From: Bradymonadales bacterium
GTDB lineage: Bacteria; Bdellovibrionota; UBA2394
Assembly (NCBI GenBank): GCA_007693605.1
Contig: REDG01000029.1
Span: forward strand, 1-50,790
DNA: 50,790 nt
Direction of reading: 5' to 3'
A program made the position numbers and the translations under genes. The notes beneath the pieces were generated by a model, which did no database searches, had not been told where the DNA came from, and saw nothing but the letters and a program-made list of their open reading frames with translations. Below are positions 35,174 to 45,498 of the stretch, in pieces (within the stretch, counting starts at the first letter, position 1; each line of letters starts with the position of its first letter).

Positions 35174-36010
35174 GTGCGGGTAGGGATTAAACAGATTATG
35201 ATCACTTACGATCGGGAGGACTTGTGGCCTCATCGGAAGGCCTCGTCTTCGGAGTTCCGTCCGAGAAAGAAAAAGCAGAAAAAGGCGGCTGTCGGCGAGA
35301 CATTGACCGAACGACCCGAAGGAGAAATGGGGCTGCTTTGGGATGCGATGCAGTTTGTGTATCATCTAAGAAAGAGCTTTGTTGAGCTTGAAGAGTCCTT
35401 TGCTCGCATTAAGTTTTTGACGAAAAAGGCTTGCGATCACAATATCAATGACAGTGACCGCGCCTTGATCAATCGGCAGTACCAGTCCGCACTGAAGTCT
35501 TACGATCAGTCGATTCAAGAGATCAAGGTGATGGGAGTTCCCTTCTTTACGGGGGAATACGATGAAAACCCTAAGGTTTTCTCTCTTTCTGAAAAGTCCG
35601 ATCAGGAAGAGCAGATGGAGATGAAGATTGCATCTGCCAGCTGGAGTTCTGAGAAGCTGGGGTTAAAGAAAACTCGGCTCGACAACTTTGTGAACGCAAG
35701 AAAGACAGAGTCTGCGGTAGAAAAGGCCCTTCAGAGCTTTCAGGGATTCAGAGATTATATATCGGCTAAAGAGTCTTATCTTGATGTCTATCGGAACAAG
35801 CTCGAAATGCCCCCACCAGACTTTGAAGCTCAGAGCTCCGGAAAGCTGATTAACTCCAACGAACACGACGAGATTGTTTCAGACGAGTCCGATGAATTTG
35901 AAGAGCTTATCAATTATGATGTTCGATATCATCGCATTCGAGAGAGGCAAGAAGCTCTTGCCAGGCGAACCAATCGGACTGCTGGAATTCTTTTGAATCT
36001 GTTTAGCTGA
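35174..36010 (+). CDS. Hypothetical protein with flagellin D1-like helices
   Basis: NDSDRALINRQY..SIQEIKVMGVPFF and LGL..LDNFVNARK...VEKALQSF..RDYI resemble the flagellin N- and C-terminal D1 segments by eye. Confidence 0.6.
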   Translation: MRVGIKQIMITYDREDLWPHRKASSSEFRPRKKKQKKAAVGETLTERPEGEMGLLWDAMQFVYHLRKSFVELEESFARIKFLTKKACDHNINDSDRALINRQYQSALKSYDQSIQEIKVMGVPFFTGEYDENPKVFSLSEKSDQEEQMEMKIASASWSSEKLGLKKTRLDNFVNARKTESAVEKALQSFQGFRDYISAKESYLDVYRNKLEMPPPDFEAQSSGKLINSNEHDEIVSDESDEFEELINYDVRYHRIRERQEALARRTNRTAGILLNLFS

Positions 36011-36040
36011 CAGACTCACCCATCGAGTCTATTTCGAGAC

Positions 36041-36058
36041 AGGGGCTTGGCCGCCCCT
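36041..36058. terminator. Hairpin between convergent genes (possible bidirectional terminator)
   Basis: AGGGGC-TTGGCC-GCCCCT; no clear U-tract. Confidence 0.35.
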
Positions 36059-36079
36059 CTCCGCTGATGAAATGGACCC

Positions 36080-37339
36080 CTAAGCTGACTCGGCCTCTGA
36101 TTTTTCCATCAAGAGAATCGGAGCCTCTTTCTTGTTCACCACATCCTCGTTGACGATGACCTCTTTGACATCTGTTCGAGACGGAATCTCATACATGATA
36201 TCAATCATGGCATCCTCTAGGATCGCTCGTAGCCCGCGAGCCCCGCTCTTTCTTCTAAGAGCCTCCTTCGCGACTGCCCGCAAGGCGTCCTCTGTGAATT
36301 TGAGCTTCACATTCTCCAGCTGGAAGAGCTTCTGATACTGACGAATAATGGCATTCTTCGGCTTTCGGAGGATGTCGATCAAAGACTCCTCGTCGAGCTC
36401 TCTAAGGGTGGCACAAACCGGAATTCGTCCGATGAATTCGGGGATCAATCCAAACTTGACAAGATCGCCTGGCTCAAGCTTTTCCAAAAGATCTCCAACC
36501 TTTCGATCTTTCTTTGACTCAATCTTCGCCCCGAATCCCATTGATTTCGATCCGATTCTTCTTTGAATGACCTCGTCTAAGCCTACAAAGGCACCTCCAC
36601 AAATGAACAATATGTTGGTGGTGTCGACCTTTAGAAACTCTTGTTGAGGATGCTTTCTCCCCCCCTTAGGAGGAACATTCGCTAAGGTTCCCTCAATAAT
36701 TTTTAGAAGCGCCTGCTGCACGCCCTCACCGCTAACATCACGAGTGATGCTGGGGTTTTCGCCCTTACGAGAGATCTTGTCGATCTCATCAATATAGACA
36801 ATTCCTCTTTGAGCCTTCTCGACATCATAGTCAGCCGATTGAAGCAGGTTCAAAATGATGTTTTCAACATCCTCTCCGACATAGCCGGCCTCTGTTAAAG
36901 TGGTGGCATCCACTATGGTAAAGGGAACCTTTAAGAGGCGCGCGAGAGTTTGGGCCAACAGAGTTTTACCACTTCCGGTTGGTCCAATCAGCAAGATGTT
37001 GCTCTTTTGAAGTTCAACATCGTCCTTCGAGCTTGGTTTCGCGTTGATTCTCTTGTAGTGGTTGTGAACGGCTACCGACAATATTCTCTTAGCCCGCTCT
37101 TGCCCAATCACATAGTCGTCCAAGACCTTCTTAATCTCTTCTGGCTTAGGAACTTTGGATGTTTCTGAAGGAGAGTCTGTGGCATCATATTCCTCCGCAA
37201 TGATGTCATTACAGAGTTCGATGCACTCGTCGCAGATATAGACACTGGGCCCTGCGATTAACTTTTTGACCTCGCTCTGGTGCTTTCCACAGAAAGAACA
37301 GCAAAGATCTACATTGCGATCATCTTCTTTTCGACTCAT
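36080..37339 (-). CDS. clpX: ATP-dependent Clp protease ATP-binding subunit ClpX
   Basis: CSFCGK zinc finger, [21 protein letters not shown]. Confidence 0.99.
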   Translation of the reverse strand: MSRKEDDRNVDLCCSFCGKHQSEVKKLIAGPSVYICDECIELCNDIIAEEYDATDSPSETSKVPKPEEIKKVLDDYVIGQERAKRILSVAVHNHYKRINAKPSSKDDVELQKSNILLIGPTGSGKTLLAQTLARLLKVPFTIVDATTLTEAGYVGEDVENIILNLLQSADYDVEKAQRGIVYIDEIDKISRKGENPSITRDVSGEGVQQALLKIIEGTLANVPPKGGRKHPQQEFLKVDTTNILFICGGAFVGLDEVIQRRIGSKSMGFGAKIESKKDRKVGDLLEKLEPGDLVKFGLIPEFIGRIPVCATLRELDEESLIDILRKPKNAIIRQYQKLFQLENVKLKFTEDALRAVAKEALRRKSGARGLRAILEDAMIDIMYEIPSRTDVKEVIVNEDVVNKKEAPILLMEKSEAESA

Positions 37340-37379
37340 CTGGCCCTCCTTTGCATTCGCAAGTCTTCAGCTCGGAAAC

Positions 37380-38009
37380 CTAACTATCTTTCTTCGAATC
37401 TTTCTTAGGTTTCTCTGCGCTCTTCTCAACAATCTTATCAATCAGGCCAAAATCCTTAGCCTTCTGGGCTGTCATAAAATTGTCTCGGTCTGTATGGGTC
37501 ATTATATCACTTACGGGCTGGCCCGTGTGTTTGGCCAGGATCTCGTTCAAAACCTCTCTCATTCGAAGAATCTCTTTTGCGTGAATCTCGATGTCAGAGG
37601 CTTGACCCTGCGCCCCACCAAGGGGTTGATGAATCATGATTCGAGAGTTTGGCAGTGAAAATCTTTTCCCTGGGGCGCCGGCCGTTAACAAAACCGCCCC
37701 CATCGAAGCCGCAAGTCCGGTGCAGATGGTGTTCACATCAGGTCGAATGTATTGCATGGTGTCGTAAACCGCCAGGCCGGAGTCCACTACGCCGCCGGGG
37801 CTGTTGATATACATATAGATATCTAGATCTGGATCTTCAGCCTCCAGAAACAAAAGCTGGGCAATGAGAAGGTTCGCCACCTGATCGTTGATTCCGCTCC
37901 CCAAAAAAATAATTCGATCCTTTAAGAGTCGAGAATAGATGTCGTAGGCGCGTTCGCCTCGAGCAGTTTGCTCCACGACCATTGGGATAAGATTCGATTC
38001 AATTGTCAT
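37380..38009 (-). CDS. clpP: ATP-dependent Clp protease proteolytic subunit
   Basis: [22 protein letters not shown]. Confidence 0.99.
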   Translation of the reverse strand: MTIESNLIPMVVEQTARGERAYDIYSRLLKDRIIFLGSGINDQVANLLIAQLLFLEAEDPDLDIYMYINSPGGVVDSGLAVYDTMQYIRPDVNTICTGLAASMGAVLLTAGAPGKRFSLPNSRIMIHQPLGGAQGQASDIEIHAKEILRMREVLNEILAKHTGQPVSDIMTHTDRDNFMTAQKAKDFGLIDKIVEKSAEKPKKDSKKDS

Positions 38010-38022
38010 AATCAGACCTCTC

Positions 38023-39327
38023 TTATTTCATCCTAGCTTTGGAGAGGGCATAATCAAGCGATTTCTGATCGAGCACATCCATTTTTAGTCGGTCCAATCT
38101 TGAAACCCCCTCCTTCTCGTCTTTCTGCGAGTAATAGCTTCTAATTTCTGCTACACTTATGCCTGAAGACTGAGAGAGCCTTTCAAATCGATCTTCTAGA
38201 TCCTTTTCGGTCACTTCAAGGTTTTGATCTTGGTAAATTTTTTCAAGGATGTAAGAGAGTCTAATTTGTCTTTCAGCAGCTTTTGAAGCTTCTTCTAAAA
38301 GCTTTGGAGAATCTTCCCGAATCTGTTCTTCGCTGAAGCCCCGTTGCATCAGATTCTGAATATGATCTCTCAAGATTCTTTCGGCCATCATCTGTCGATA
38401 GCGAGGGCTGATCTCAAATGGGTATTTGTCTACCAAGCTCTCTCCGACTCGGTCTCGAAGTTCAGCTAAATGTTCCGTTTCAGCGCGAGCGATCAATTCA
38501 TCTTTCAGAATCTCTCTGAAATCGCTAACTCCTTTCGCTTTGGGTTCAATCTTCGCAATGAACTCGTCATTCAGATCGGGAAGTTTGGCTTCTTTGAGAT
38601 CCTTCAGTTCAATCTCGAAATCGAGCTTCTTTCCCCTGACAGTCGCAATCGGATGGGTCTCTCCAAACTGAATTTGGGTCGTGCGTTTTTCGCCGACTTT
38701 CATGCCCAAAAGCACCTTTTCGAAGTCCGGAAGTATCTCTCCCTTTCCAACTCGATATTCTTCGCCTGCCGAGCTTGCCTCTGGCACAGCTTCGTTTTCC
38801 AGACGAGCCTGATAAGAAAACTGAATCTTGTCTCCCTCTTTGACGGCGCGGGTTTCAATAGGGCTTTCAAAGTTTGCAAACTGTTCCCGAATCAATTCAA
38901 TTTGCTTATCCACATCTTTCTCTGTGACTTCTTGTTTGGTGGGCGTCTCTACTTCAATTGTGGAACAGTCGATTTCGGGCATCTCGGGTTTCAGATCAAG
39001 CTCAGCCTCAAACTTAAAGGCCTGACCTTCTTGAGGAGAGTCGGCAGCAATCAGGTTGGGGGGGAGAATCAGCTTTAGTTTGTGCTTTCTGACCAGCTCA
39101 TTCAGGCTATCTGAAATCAACTGCTGACTGACGCTTGAGCTCGCCTGTTCTTGGTAAATCTTTTTGACGACCTGAACGGGAGCTTTGCCCGGACGAAAGC
39201 CATCGATTTTGGCGTGTTTGGCGGCTTCCCTGTAGAATTCATTTAGGTGCTTTTCCACAGTCTCTGGGGGCAGCTCGACGCTGATCTTGGCAGAGACTGA
39301 ACTCGACTTTTCAATGTTTTCTTTCAT
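38023..39327 (-). CDS. tig: Trigger factor
   Basis: GFRPGKAP signature; FKBP domain; tig-clpP-clpX order; start set at MKENIEK. Confidence 0.96.
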   Translation of the reverse strand: MKENIEKSSSVSAKISVELPPETVEKHLNEFYREAAKHAKIDGFRPGKAPVQVVKKIYQEQASSSVSQQLISDSLNELVRKHKLKLILPPNLIAADSPQEGQAFKFEAELDLKPEMPEIDCSTIEVETPTKQEVTEKDVDKQIELIREQFANFESPIETRAVKEGDKIQFSYQARLENEAVPEASSAGEEYRVGKGEILPDFEKVLLGMKVGEKRTTQIQFGETHPIATVRGKKLDFEIELKDLKEAKLPDLNDEFIAKIEPKAKGVSDFREILKDELIARAETEHLAELRDRVGESLVDKYPFEISPRYRQMMAERILRDHIQNLMQRGFSEEQIREDSPKLLEEASKAAERQIRLSYILEKIYQDQNLEVTEKDLEDRFERLSQSSGISVAEIRSYYSQKDEKEGVSRLDRLKMDVLDQKSLDYALSKARMK

Positions 39328-39429
39328 AGCCCTCAGATCTAGCAAATTGGGAGTAAGGGGCAAGCTCGTTTGGAGGGGCCTTAGGCTCAAGGAAAGCTCG
39401 AATTTGAAGCTTTCAGCCTTTCAAAGAAC

Positions 39430-40662
39430 TCAGTCGAAAGCTGGAGACTGGTTTAGGCTCCTTAAGTCCGTTCGGAGGGCTTCAAGCGGAGTCAAAAGCC
39501 CCTGGTCAACGGAGGGGCGGTCCTGTTCGAAGCCTCGGGCCAGTTGAGAAATCGGAGTGAGGTACTTCTGGGAGAGTTCAATGAGCCCATTGGCGTCTGA
39601 AGCTTGGAGGATGGAGGGGTGTTCACGCTTTAGCCAGTGAATCACCTCGAGCTCAAGTTTGGCTTCTTGCAGCTCTGACTTTAAACCTGAAACTAGTCGT
39701 CTGAGGTCTTCCAGATCTTCCTCTCCACTCGTGCTATCTCCGAAGTTCAGCTCCTCAAGGTCAGGCAAAAAGCTCAGAATTCTAGCCCGTCGAAACTGCA
39801 GGTTCTCGGACAGTTGCACTTGTAGTCTAGAAAAGAAATTTCTCTCATGCTCTGACACTTTGTCAGATCGAGCCTCTGCCGCAAGAAGGTCTGATTTGAT
39901 TCTAATAGCTTGGCGCATGGCACCCACGGTAATGCGAGCCGAGTTCTGCATGAGCAACTCGGCGGTGTCAAATCGGTTATTAAAGAGTGCGGTCTCAAGG
40001 GCGGTGATATCGCCGATGGGAGAGGCAGCGTTGATGTCAGCTCCTGCATCCAGAAGCAGGTTTATGGCTTCATGTGTTTCGCTAGAATCTCTACGAGTCG
40101 CCAGAAGCATCAGAGCCGTTCTTCCAAGCTGGCTTCTGGAGTCAAGCGAAACCCCCACTTCAATCAGGCTTCGAAGAGTTTCAATCGACAAAATCTGACT
40201 GTAAGCGGCCCAGGCGTGAAGCGCCGTTTCTCCACGGTTGTTTCTCGCGCTTACATCGACCCCATATTCCTTGAGAGTTCGAATGATGTTTGCGTGGTCG
40301 TAGGTGGCCGCGACATGAATGGCTCGATCTCCAATCAAATTTGGGGCTTCAATCAGTCTCTTCGGTCCGGATGGATCCATCCCTTTAGACTGTTCCAAAA
40401 GCCCGCGCACGAGAGAGTCTTTACCGCTCTCAATCGCCCGATGAAGGGGGCTCTTGTTGTTGGTAAACAACTCAAGTGAAGGAATCCCTACGCTGCTAGA
40501 AAACAAAGCATCCACCAAATCGAGGCGATTGCGGTGGATGGCATCGATGAGGTCTAGATTTAACTTATCCGTTGGGCAGGCAAAGGCGCAGAGAGCGTTC
40601 ATAGAAAGAACAGTTGTGAAAAAGCATTGCAGAACGGGGGTCTTAAAATAGTTTTGTTTCAT
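39430..40662 (-). CDS. Ankyrin-repeat protein, probably secreted
   Basis: SPLHRAI, GDRAIHVAA, GETALH, GRTALM, GADIN repeats; signal-peptide-like N-terminus; coiled C-terminus. Confidence 0.88.
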   Translation of the reverse strand: MKQNYFKTPVLQCFFTTVLSMNALCAFACPTDKLNLDLIDAIHRNRLDLVDALFSSSVGIPSLELFTNNKSPLHRAIESGKDSLVRGLLEQSKGMDPSGPKRLIEAPNLIGDRAIHVAATYDHANIIRTLKEYGVDVSARNNRGETALHAWAAYSQILSIETLRSLIEVGVSLDSRSQLGRTALMLLATRRDSSETHEAINLLLDAGADINAASPIGDITALETALFNNRFDTAELLMQNSARITVGAMRQAIRIKSDLLAAEARSDKVSEHERNFFSRLQVQLSENLQFRRARILSFLPDLEELNFGDSTSGEEDLEDLRRLVSGLKSELQEAKLELEVIHWLKREHPSILQASDANGLIELSQKYLTPISQLARGFEQDRPSVDQGLLTPLEALRTDLRSLNQSPAFD

Positions 40663-40712
40663 GATTTCGATTCGTTCTTTTCTCTCCCTGACAAAGGGAG
40701 AAGCTTCAAGGT

Positions 40713-40729
40713 CGCAATTCCTGTGCCAG
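40713..40729 (-). promoter_or_regulatory. Sigma54 (-24/-12) promoter of the ankyrin gene
   Basis: Minus strand reads cTGGCAC-aggaa-TTGCg, matching the consensus, about 50 bp upstream of the ATG. Confidence 0.75.
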
Positions 40730-40871
40730 AGGAGTTCGGCCCTTTGCTAGCATAAGCCCTTAAAATGGCTAGCGAATTTGGTGTCTGAATTTTGGGCTCC
40801 CCGAGCCTGTGCGACCCCAATTCCCATGGCTTGGCTTGATTTGCAAATGGCAGGCTATTGACGGGCTAAGG

Positions 40872-40936
40872 CTAGTGGTCCAACCGGTAAATTTTTTCAG
40901 CACAACACGGAAACAATTTACCGGTTGGACCACTAG
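40872..40936. repeat. 22-bp perfect inverted repeat bounded by CTAG (MITE/IS footprint or large hairpin)
   Basis: CTAGTGGTCCAACCGGTAAATT ... AATTTACCGGTTGGACCACTAG with a 21-bp spacer. Confidence 0.85.
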
Positions 40937-40957
40937 TTTGGGCGATTCGCGTGGGGG

Positions 40958-41488
40958 CTATCGGACTTCGGGGCTCCACACGAGAGTCTTGGATATGAGC
41001 CCATCAGAAGAGATCTTTATCTCTGCAACCACCTTGAAGCCAAATCTTTTATAGTAGGCCTCGTTGTCTGGCTTTTGGACTTCAAGCACAACTTTTTTCC
41101 CTTTGTGTTGGGTATAGGCAAGAACTGGCTCGATGAGCTTTCGGCCAAGCCCTTTCCGCTGTTCGTTTGGGTCAACGCCAATCAAGAAAAGATAAAGACA
41201 GTCATCGCCGCACTTTTCTCGGCGAATTCTTTGCAAATGACCGCTGAGGTGCATCAAGCCTAGGGAGTGAAGGGGATTGAACCTGGCAAAGAGCCCAAGC
41301 TGTCCATTAAGAAACATTTCCCAAGGCGTTGCATCAGCTCCCTCTGAATCGATCCAAAGGGCAAAAGATTTTATTGGGCCGCTCTCATTCACATGGATTT
41401 TTCTATCTCTTAACTCTCTTTTCAACTCGGTCCAATTGCCTTTTCCAATACTCGCTCTCGCCCCTAATGAACTTAGCGAAGGCCTCAA
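40958..41488 (-). CDS. GNAT acetyltransferase, probably 5'-truncated (GNAT-like part begins near 41402)
   Basis: YLFLIGVDPNEQRKGLGRKL, N.AYYKRFGF; the first 86 bp overlap the end of the fic gene out of frame. Confidence 0.75.
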   Translation of the reverse strand: MRPSLSSLGARASIGKGNWTELKRELRDRKIHVNESGPIKSFALWIDSEGADATPWEMFLNGQLGLFARFNPLHSLGLMHLSGHLQRIRREKCGDDCLYLFLIGVDPNEQRKGLGRKLIEPVLAYTQHKGKKVVLEVQKPDNEAYYKRFGFKVVAEIKISSDGLISKTLVWSPEVR

Positions 41489-42974
41489 TGTTCCCCTTAG
41501 TCGAGGCCATTTCTAGACTGCTCATGTATTCGTCCCTTTTTGCCGTTCTAACAATACACCAGTTGAAGCCACCGGAAATGAACATCAAGTTCATTAGAAA
41601 ACGAGCCACTCGACCATTGCCATCCATATAGGGGTGAATATACACAAAAATGAAGTGTCCAAGAATCGCCCGAACCTGTGGCTCAGGCTCATTCTTTAAC
41701 AGATGCATTAGAGATTCCATCGCATCGGGAACGCTGTCTTTATCGGGGGGGATGTAGCGAGAGTTAGAGATATGCACCTGTCCATTCCTGTATCCAGCCA
41801 AATCTGTTGACCGCAATAACTGCGCTCTAACCAGCGGAGAGAACAATTCCCGATACCAGCCCTGTAAATCCTGTTCAATGACATCTCCGGAATTCTCACC
41901 TCTAAGTACTTTTACAGCGCTCTTCATGACTGTTTGAAAGGCATTGTGATACCCCTTGGCAGCTAAAGCATCTCTCTGCCGTTGGTCCCCCTCTCTATTG
42001 TCTGGATCCCAGTTTCCATCCCTAATTTGTTTGATAAGCGCTTCCGTCACCTGATAGCCCTCGATCGAAAGCGAGTGATAAGCATCCTCCGGATAAAATC
42101 TCTCTATGATCTTCAATGTCTTTTTATCATTTTTTGACAACCCCGGGGCAGGCGGAAAAACCCTTAGGATGGTCCCTCTCATCTCACTCCATAGAGCTTC
42201 AAGTCGTCCGACGAATGGCGATCGAATATGTCTAGCTTTCAGTTGTGGTCGATCTGATTCAAACGGGTTCAACGGGGCGACGACCAGACCAGAGGCCTCT
42301 AAATCTCGAATGATTTGATTGGCCTTCTGTGTATCTCCAAGCGCTTCGTATGCTCCGACCACTCGCGCCGCAGCTGTTACTGAGTTTGTCTCCAATAAAA
42401 ACCTAGAGATTTGAGCCGCTGACTGAATGTGTTTCAGGGCAATCTCTACATTGAGCGGTTTACTCTTGAAATAGTTCTGAGACAGGCGGCAAATGGACTC
42501 AGGAAGTGCCATCACTTTAACATTCATTATCTCTTCAACTGCCTTCGGAAAGCTCCTTTCATCCGAGTACATCAAGAGGGATGTATGATAGGGGAGATCG
42601 ATGGTCTGATTACTAGCCTTTCTTGTGAGTACCGTTATCTGCGGAGGGATAACACTGTCTTGAACATGAAGGTTTAAAGAAGCCTCAGCAGATAGACAGT
42701 AACCGTCTGCCCCAAATCTGTCTGACAAATAGTAAGAAATGAATGCCCATAAACCATCATACCAGGCGGTACTGGAGCCCGCTGCGCTAGGGGTCGTAAG
42801 TAAATACCAGCCTCGAAAGATTTCGAATAAACAATTAGCCTTGATCAGGCGCTCTCTGACAAGCCTTGTAAGGTCTGTCGATTTTACTACTCCGCCTTTG
42901 CTTACAGACTTGGCTTTCTTGAGCGCCTCTGCCAGGAGCTTGTTTGGTGAATTTCCCTCTTTTTTCTCATTCAT
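41403..42974 (-). CDS. Fic-family protein with a long AbiEi-like N-terminal region
   Basis: HPYMDGNGRVAR Fic motif; SLSIEG inhibitory motif. Confidence 0.92.
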   Translation of the reverse strand: MNEKKEGNSPNKLLAEALKKAKSVSKGGVVKSTDLTRLVRERLIKANCLFEIFRGWYLLTTPSAAGSSTAWYDGLWAFISYYLSDRFGADGYCLSAEASLNLHVQDSVIPPQITVLTRKASNQTIDLPYHTSLLMYSDERSFPKAVEEIMNVKVMALPESICRLSQNYFKSKPLNVEIALKHIQSAAQISRFLLETNSVTAAARVVGAYEALGDTQKANQIIRDLEASGLVVAPLNPFESDRPQLKARHIRSPFVGRLEALWSEMRGTILRVFPPAPGLSKNDKKTLKIIERFYPEDAYHSLSIEGYQVTEALIKQIRDGNWDPDNREGDQRQRDALAAKGYHNAFQTVMKSAVKVLRGENSGDVIEQDLQGWYRELFSPLVRAQLLRSTDLAGYRNGQVHISNSRYIPPDKDSVPDAMESLMHLLKNEPEPQVRAILGHFIFVYIHPYMDGNGRVARFLMNLMFISGGFNWCIVRTAKRDEYMSSLEMASTKGNIEAFAKFIRGESEYWKRQLDRVEKRVKR

Positions 42975-43001
42975 GACCGCACTCTCTTTGAGCGCTGCTT
43001 T

Positions 43002-43085
43002 CTAGAAGTTAGCGCAATGATTTACTAGATTTTAGTGTAATCTATTACTAGAAGTTAGCGCAATGATTTACTAGATTTTAGTGTA
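43002..43085. repeat. Tandem 23-bp-period repeat (A-B-A-B; 38-bp exact duplication) upstream of fic
   Basis: A = CTAGAAGTTAGCGCAATGATTTA, B = CTAGATTTTAGTGTAATCTATTA; the last B is partial. Confidence 0.92.
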
Positions 43086-43527
43086 GCGAAGAGGCCTCTC
43101 CGAACTGCAAAAGCCTTGAAATCACGAAGTTTTGTTGATATGCAACGCGCAGAGCCTACCAGAAGTTGGGGTTATCAGGCCCCCTGGCACCTCTTCAGTC
43201 ACTTGAAATCATTTGTGTTTTTACAGCCGCAAAAGCCGCCGACTCCTAGAAGATCGTGAAGATCCGGCCCTTTTTAAAAAGCGACAGTTAGACGCACAGT
43301 TTCTATCAACTGCAAAAGATTTTCCCAGTGGGAGTTGAGCTTCTGTTGTTGAGAGAGAGTTTCCGATTCACTGAGACGATTCATCTCACGGTAGACGATC
43401 TCATTTCAAATCAGGTTGCCGCACAAATGAGCGTTGATGAAGCAGGGCATTCAGTGTACTCGTTGCGAGACCGATAGAGATGAATCGAGGCACTTGAGAG
43501 CTGGCAGGGAAGCTTTGGTGCAGCCGC

Positions 43528-44529
43528 CTACTTGAAAAATTGAATCACATGATCGCTGTGGTCGGTAAAAACTCCATGCACGCCTAGAGTCTTGACAACA
43601 AACTTCAGGAGTTCATCATTCGACTGAAACCCTTCCCAGAGTTGATCAGATCGGTGAGTAAAAGGATGAATCTCGAGCCCCAATTGTTTAGCCGTTTTGC
43701 TGAGCAAAGTGGCTTGAGGGCGTCCTTTCGAATCGATGTCGTAGAGCAGCCGATAAAACGGTCCGATACCCACCGCATATTCTGCAACTTTCTGTAGGCC
43801 TTCCTCCGTGATCATATGCACATAATCCGCAGGGGCCCCCGGCCACTCGTTCATTCCAATCAATTGGATGAGCGGAATCTTCGTATTGAATTCTTCTTTG
43901 GCTCGGATCAGGTCGACCGGATCAAACGACTGAAGAAACACTTTGTCGGTCTTGTCCTCGTAGCCGTATTCACGAAGGACCTCTAGTACGATTGCCAAGA
44001 TGTCTCTGCCTTCATTTGTATAAGCTGGGCTCGCTTTCACTTCAACATAGATGCCAACTTGAACTCCTCGGCTCTCATTCATTCCCTCAATCAATTCGAT
44101 CCACTCGGCGAAGCTCGGCACTCGAAGCTGAGGTGCACTTTGTTCTGGGAATCTACCTGGAAAAGCCAAAACCTCTCCTCGTCGCCTCTCAAACACTCTC
44201 AGTTTTTGAATCTCTTCCCAGCTGAAGTCGATTGCGTAATAACGACCGTCGTCTCGGTGTCGTTTAGGAAAAACTTCGGAGACATTCGTGGTGGACTCTA
44301 AACTTCGGTCATGAAGAACCATCGGAATATTGTCTTTTGTGAGTTGGAGATCACACTCTAAAAAATCTGGACCAAAAGCGTGAGCCATTGCTGTTGCTTC
44401 AAGTGTGTTTTCAGGAAGATAAGCAGAAGCCCCGCGGTGCGCGATAACCCTAAAGTTCTCTCTTTCAACCTGTGAGCTCGTGCAGCTCTGTGCGTTTATG
44501 AGTAAAAGCACAATTATTGCCAACTTCAT
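43528..44529 (-). CDS. glpQ: Glycerophosphodiester phosphodiesterase, exported
   Basis: IAHRGASAYLPENTLEA, ECDLQLTKD, HD, LQSFD, GVFTD; start at MKLAII. Confidence 0.92.
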   Translation of the reverse strand: MKLAIIVLLLINAQSCTSSQVERENFRVIAHRGASAYLPENTLEATAMAHAFGPDFLECDLQLTKDNIPMVLHDRSLESTTNVSEVFPKRHRDDGRYYAIDFSWEEIQKLRVFERRRGEVLAFPGRFPEQSAPQLRVPSFAEWIELIEGMNESRGVQVGIYVEVKASPAYTNEGRDILAIVLEVLREYGYEDKTDKVFLQSFDPVDLIRAKEEFNTKIPLIQLIGMNEWPGAPADYVHMITEEGLQKVAEYAVGIGPFYRLLYDIDSKGRPQATLLSKTAKQLGLEIHPFTHRSDQLWEGFQSNDELLKFVVKTLGVHGVFTDHSDHVIQFFK

Positions 44530-44975
44530 TCTATTCTCCTCATTCGACTGCGGCATGAGTTCCAAAAGATCTCGTCTTTACAAAACATTGCGATTCCCAA
44601 GAATCCCGCCCCAATCATCAGGGTGATGTCCTTAGAGGGGATGATAGCGAAGGGGATATCAAAGCCTTCAACAGGAACTCTTTCAAAGAACCAGGGCAGC
44701 GGCCTGGCGAAGGCCGAAAACAGAAACATGAGAAAGAGAGATAGAGAAGAAACTCGCACATGCCATCCTATCATGATCAGAAATGAGGCTATAAACTCGA
44801 GTAGAGCGACAAAGCCGGCGACAAAGCCCACGGCAACAAACTCTGAATGAGGTCCCCACAAAGAGATTCCCAAAATCCAATGACTCAGCTTTGGCAAGCC
44901 ATGCACGAAAAATATCCAAGGAGCTAACGACAGCCTAAAAAATCGAGCCTTCCAAATTTCTGCAATGAAGGACAT
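44526..44975 (-). CDS. DoxX-family membrane protein
   Basis: RLSL..IFFVHGLPKL, EF..S.LIMIG..VR; hydrophobic segments. Confidence 0.8.
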   Translation of the reverse strand: MSFIAEIWKARFFRLSLAPWIFFVHGLPKLSHWILGISLWGPHSEFVAVGFVAGFVALLEFIASFLIMIGWHVRVSSLSLFLMFLFSAFARPLPWFFERVPVEGFDIPFAIIPSKDITLMIGAGFLGIAMFCKDEIFWNSCRSRMRRIE

Positions 44976-45498
44976 TTGAATACACCGCTTTAATGGTCCT
45001 TTAGGCTCATGTAAAGTTTTCCCTAGCAGTTTTAGGTCGAGAGCTTTGCATTTCGGCTCTTGGCGATGGGTTGGGGCCCGTCTCTCTAGATCAGGGCGTA
45101 CAAGAGCTGCTCGCGGCAGTCAGGCAGCCTTAAAAAAATCAATACAAGCCGGCCCCTGGCGTTCACGAGCTGCTTTGGGGGACTTGGCTTTTGGGGCCCC
45201 TAGCGAACCTATTTTGTTTGAGCTACATGACCTTTCCCCCTCAGTAGTGCGAGGAGTCAGTTAGGATCACGAATGACAAGGCCGCGCTTATGAAACTGGC
45301 ATTTCTAAACTTTTTTTTGGACTCACGGCGCTTGAAGCATTTTCTATCGACCTCACAGGTCGCTGTGAGGCTTAGATTTTTTGGTTCAAACCAAGATCAC
45401 TCCACGCGAGTTCAATTGGGCTAGGTGAGTTCAAATTGACAGTAAAGGGGGTGGGGTATAGGTGGGGAGATAACTCGCCCGGCGGGTCAAGGGTAAAG

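Noticed and set aside
39365..39372. CTCGTTTG matching the flank of the orphan IRR (47483-47490) as the target duplication of a composite transposon
   Set aside because: No IRL is adjacent, and an 8-bp match within 8 kb is plausible by chance.
43002..43085. CRISPR array
   Set aside because: The units are contiguous with no unique spacers, and there are no cas genes.
45241..45260. AGTGCGAGGA as a further tRNA att scar
   Set aside because: The match is too short to distinguish from chance.
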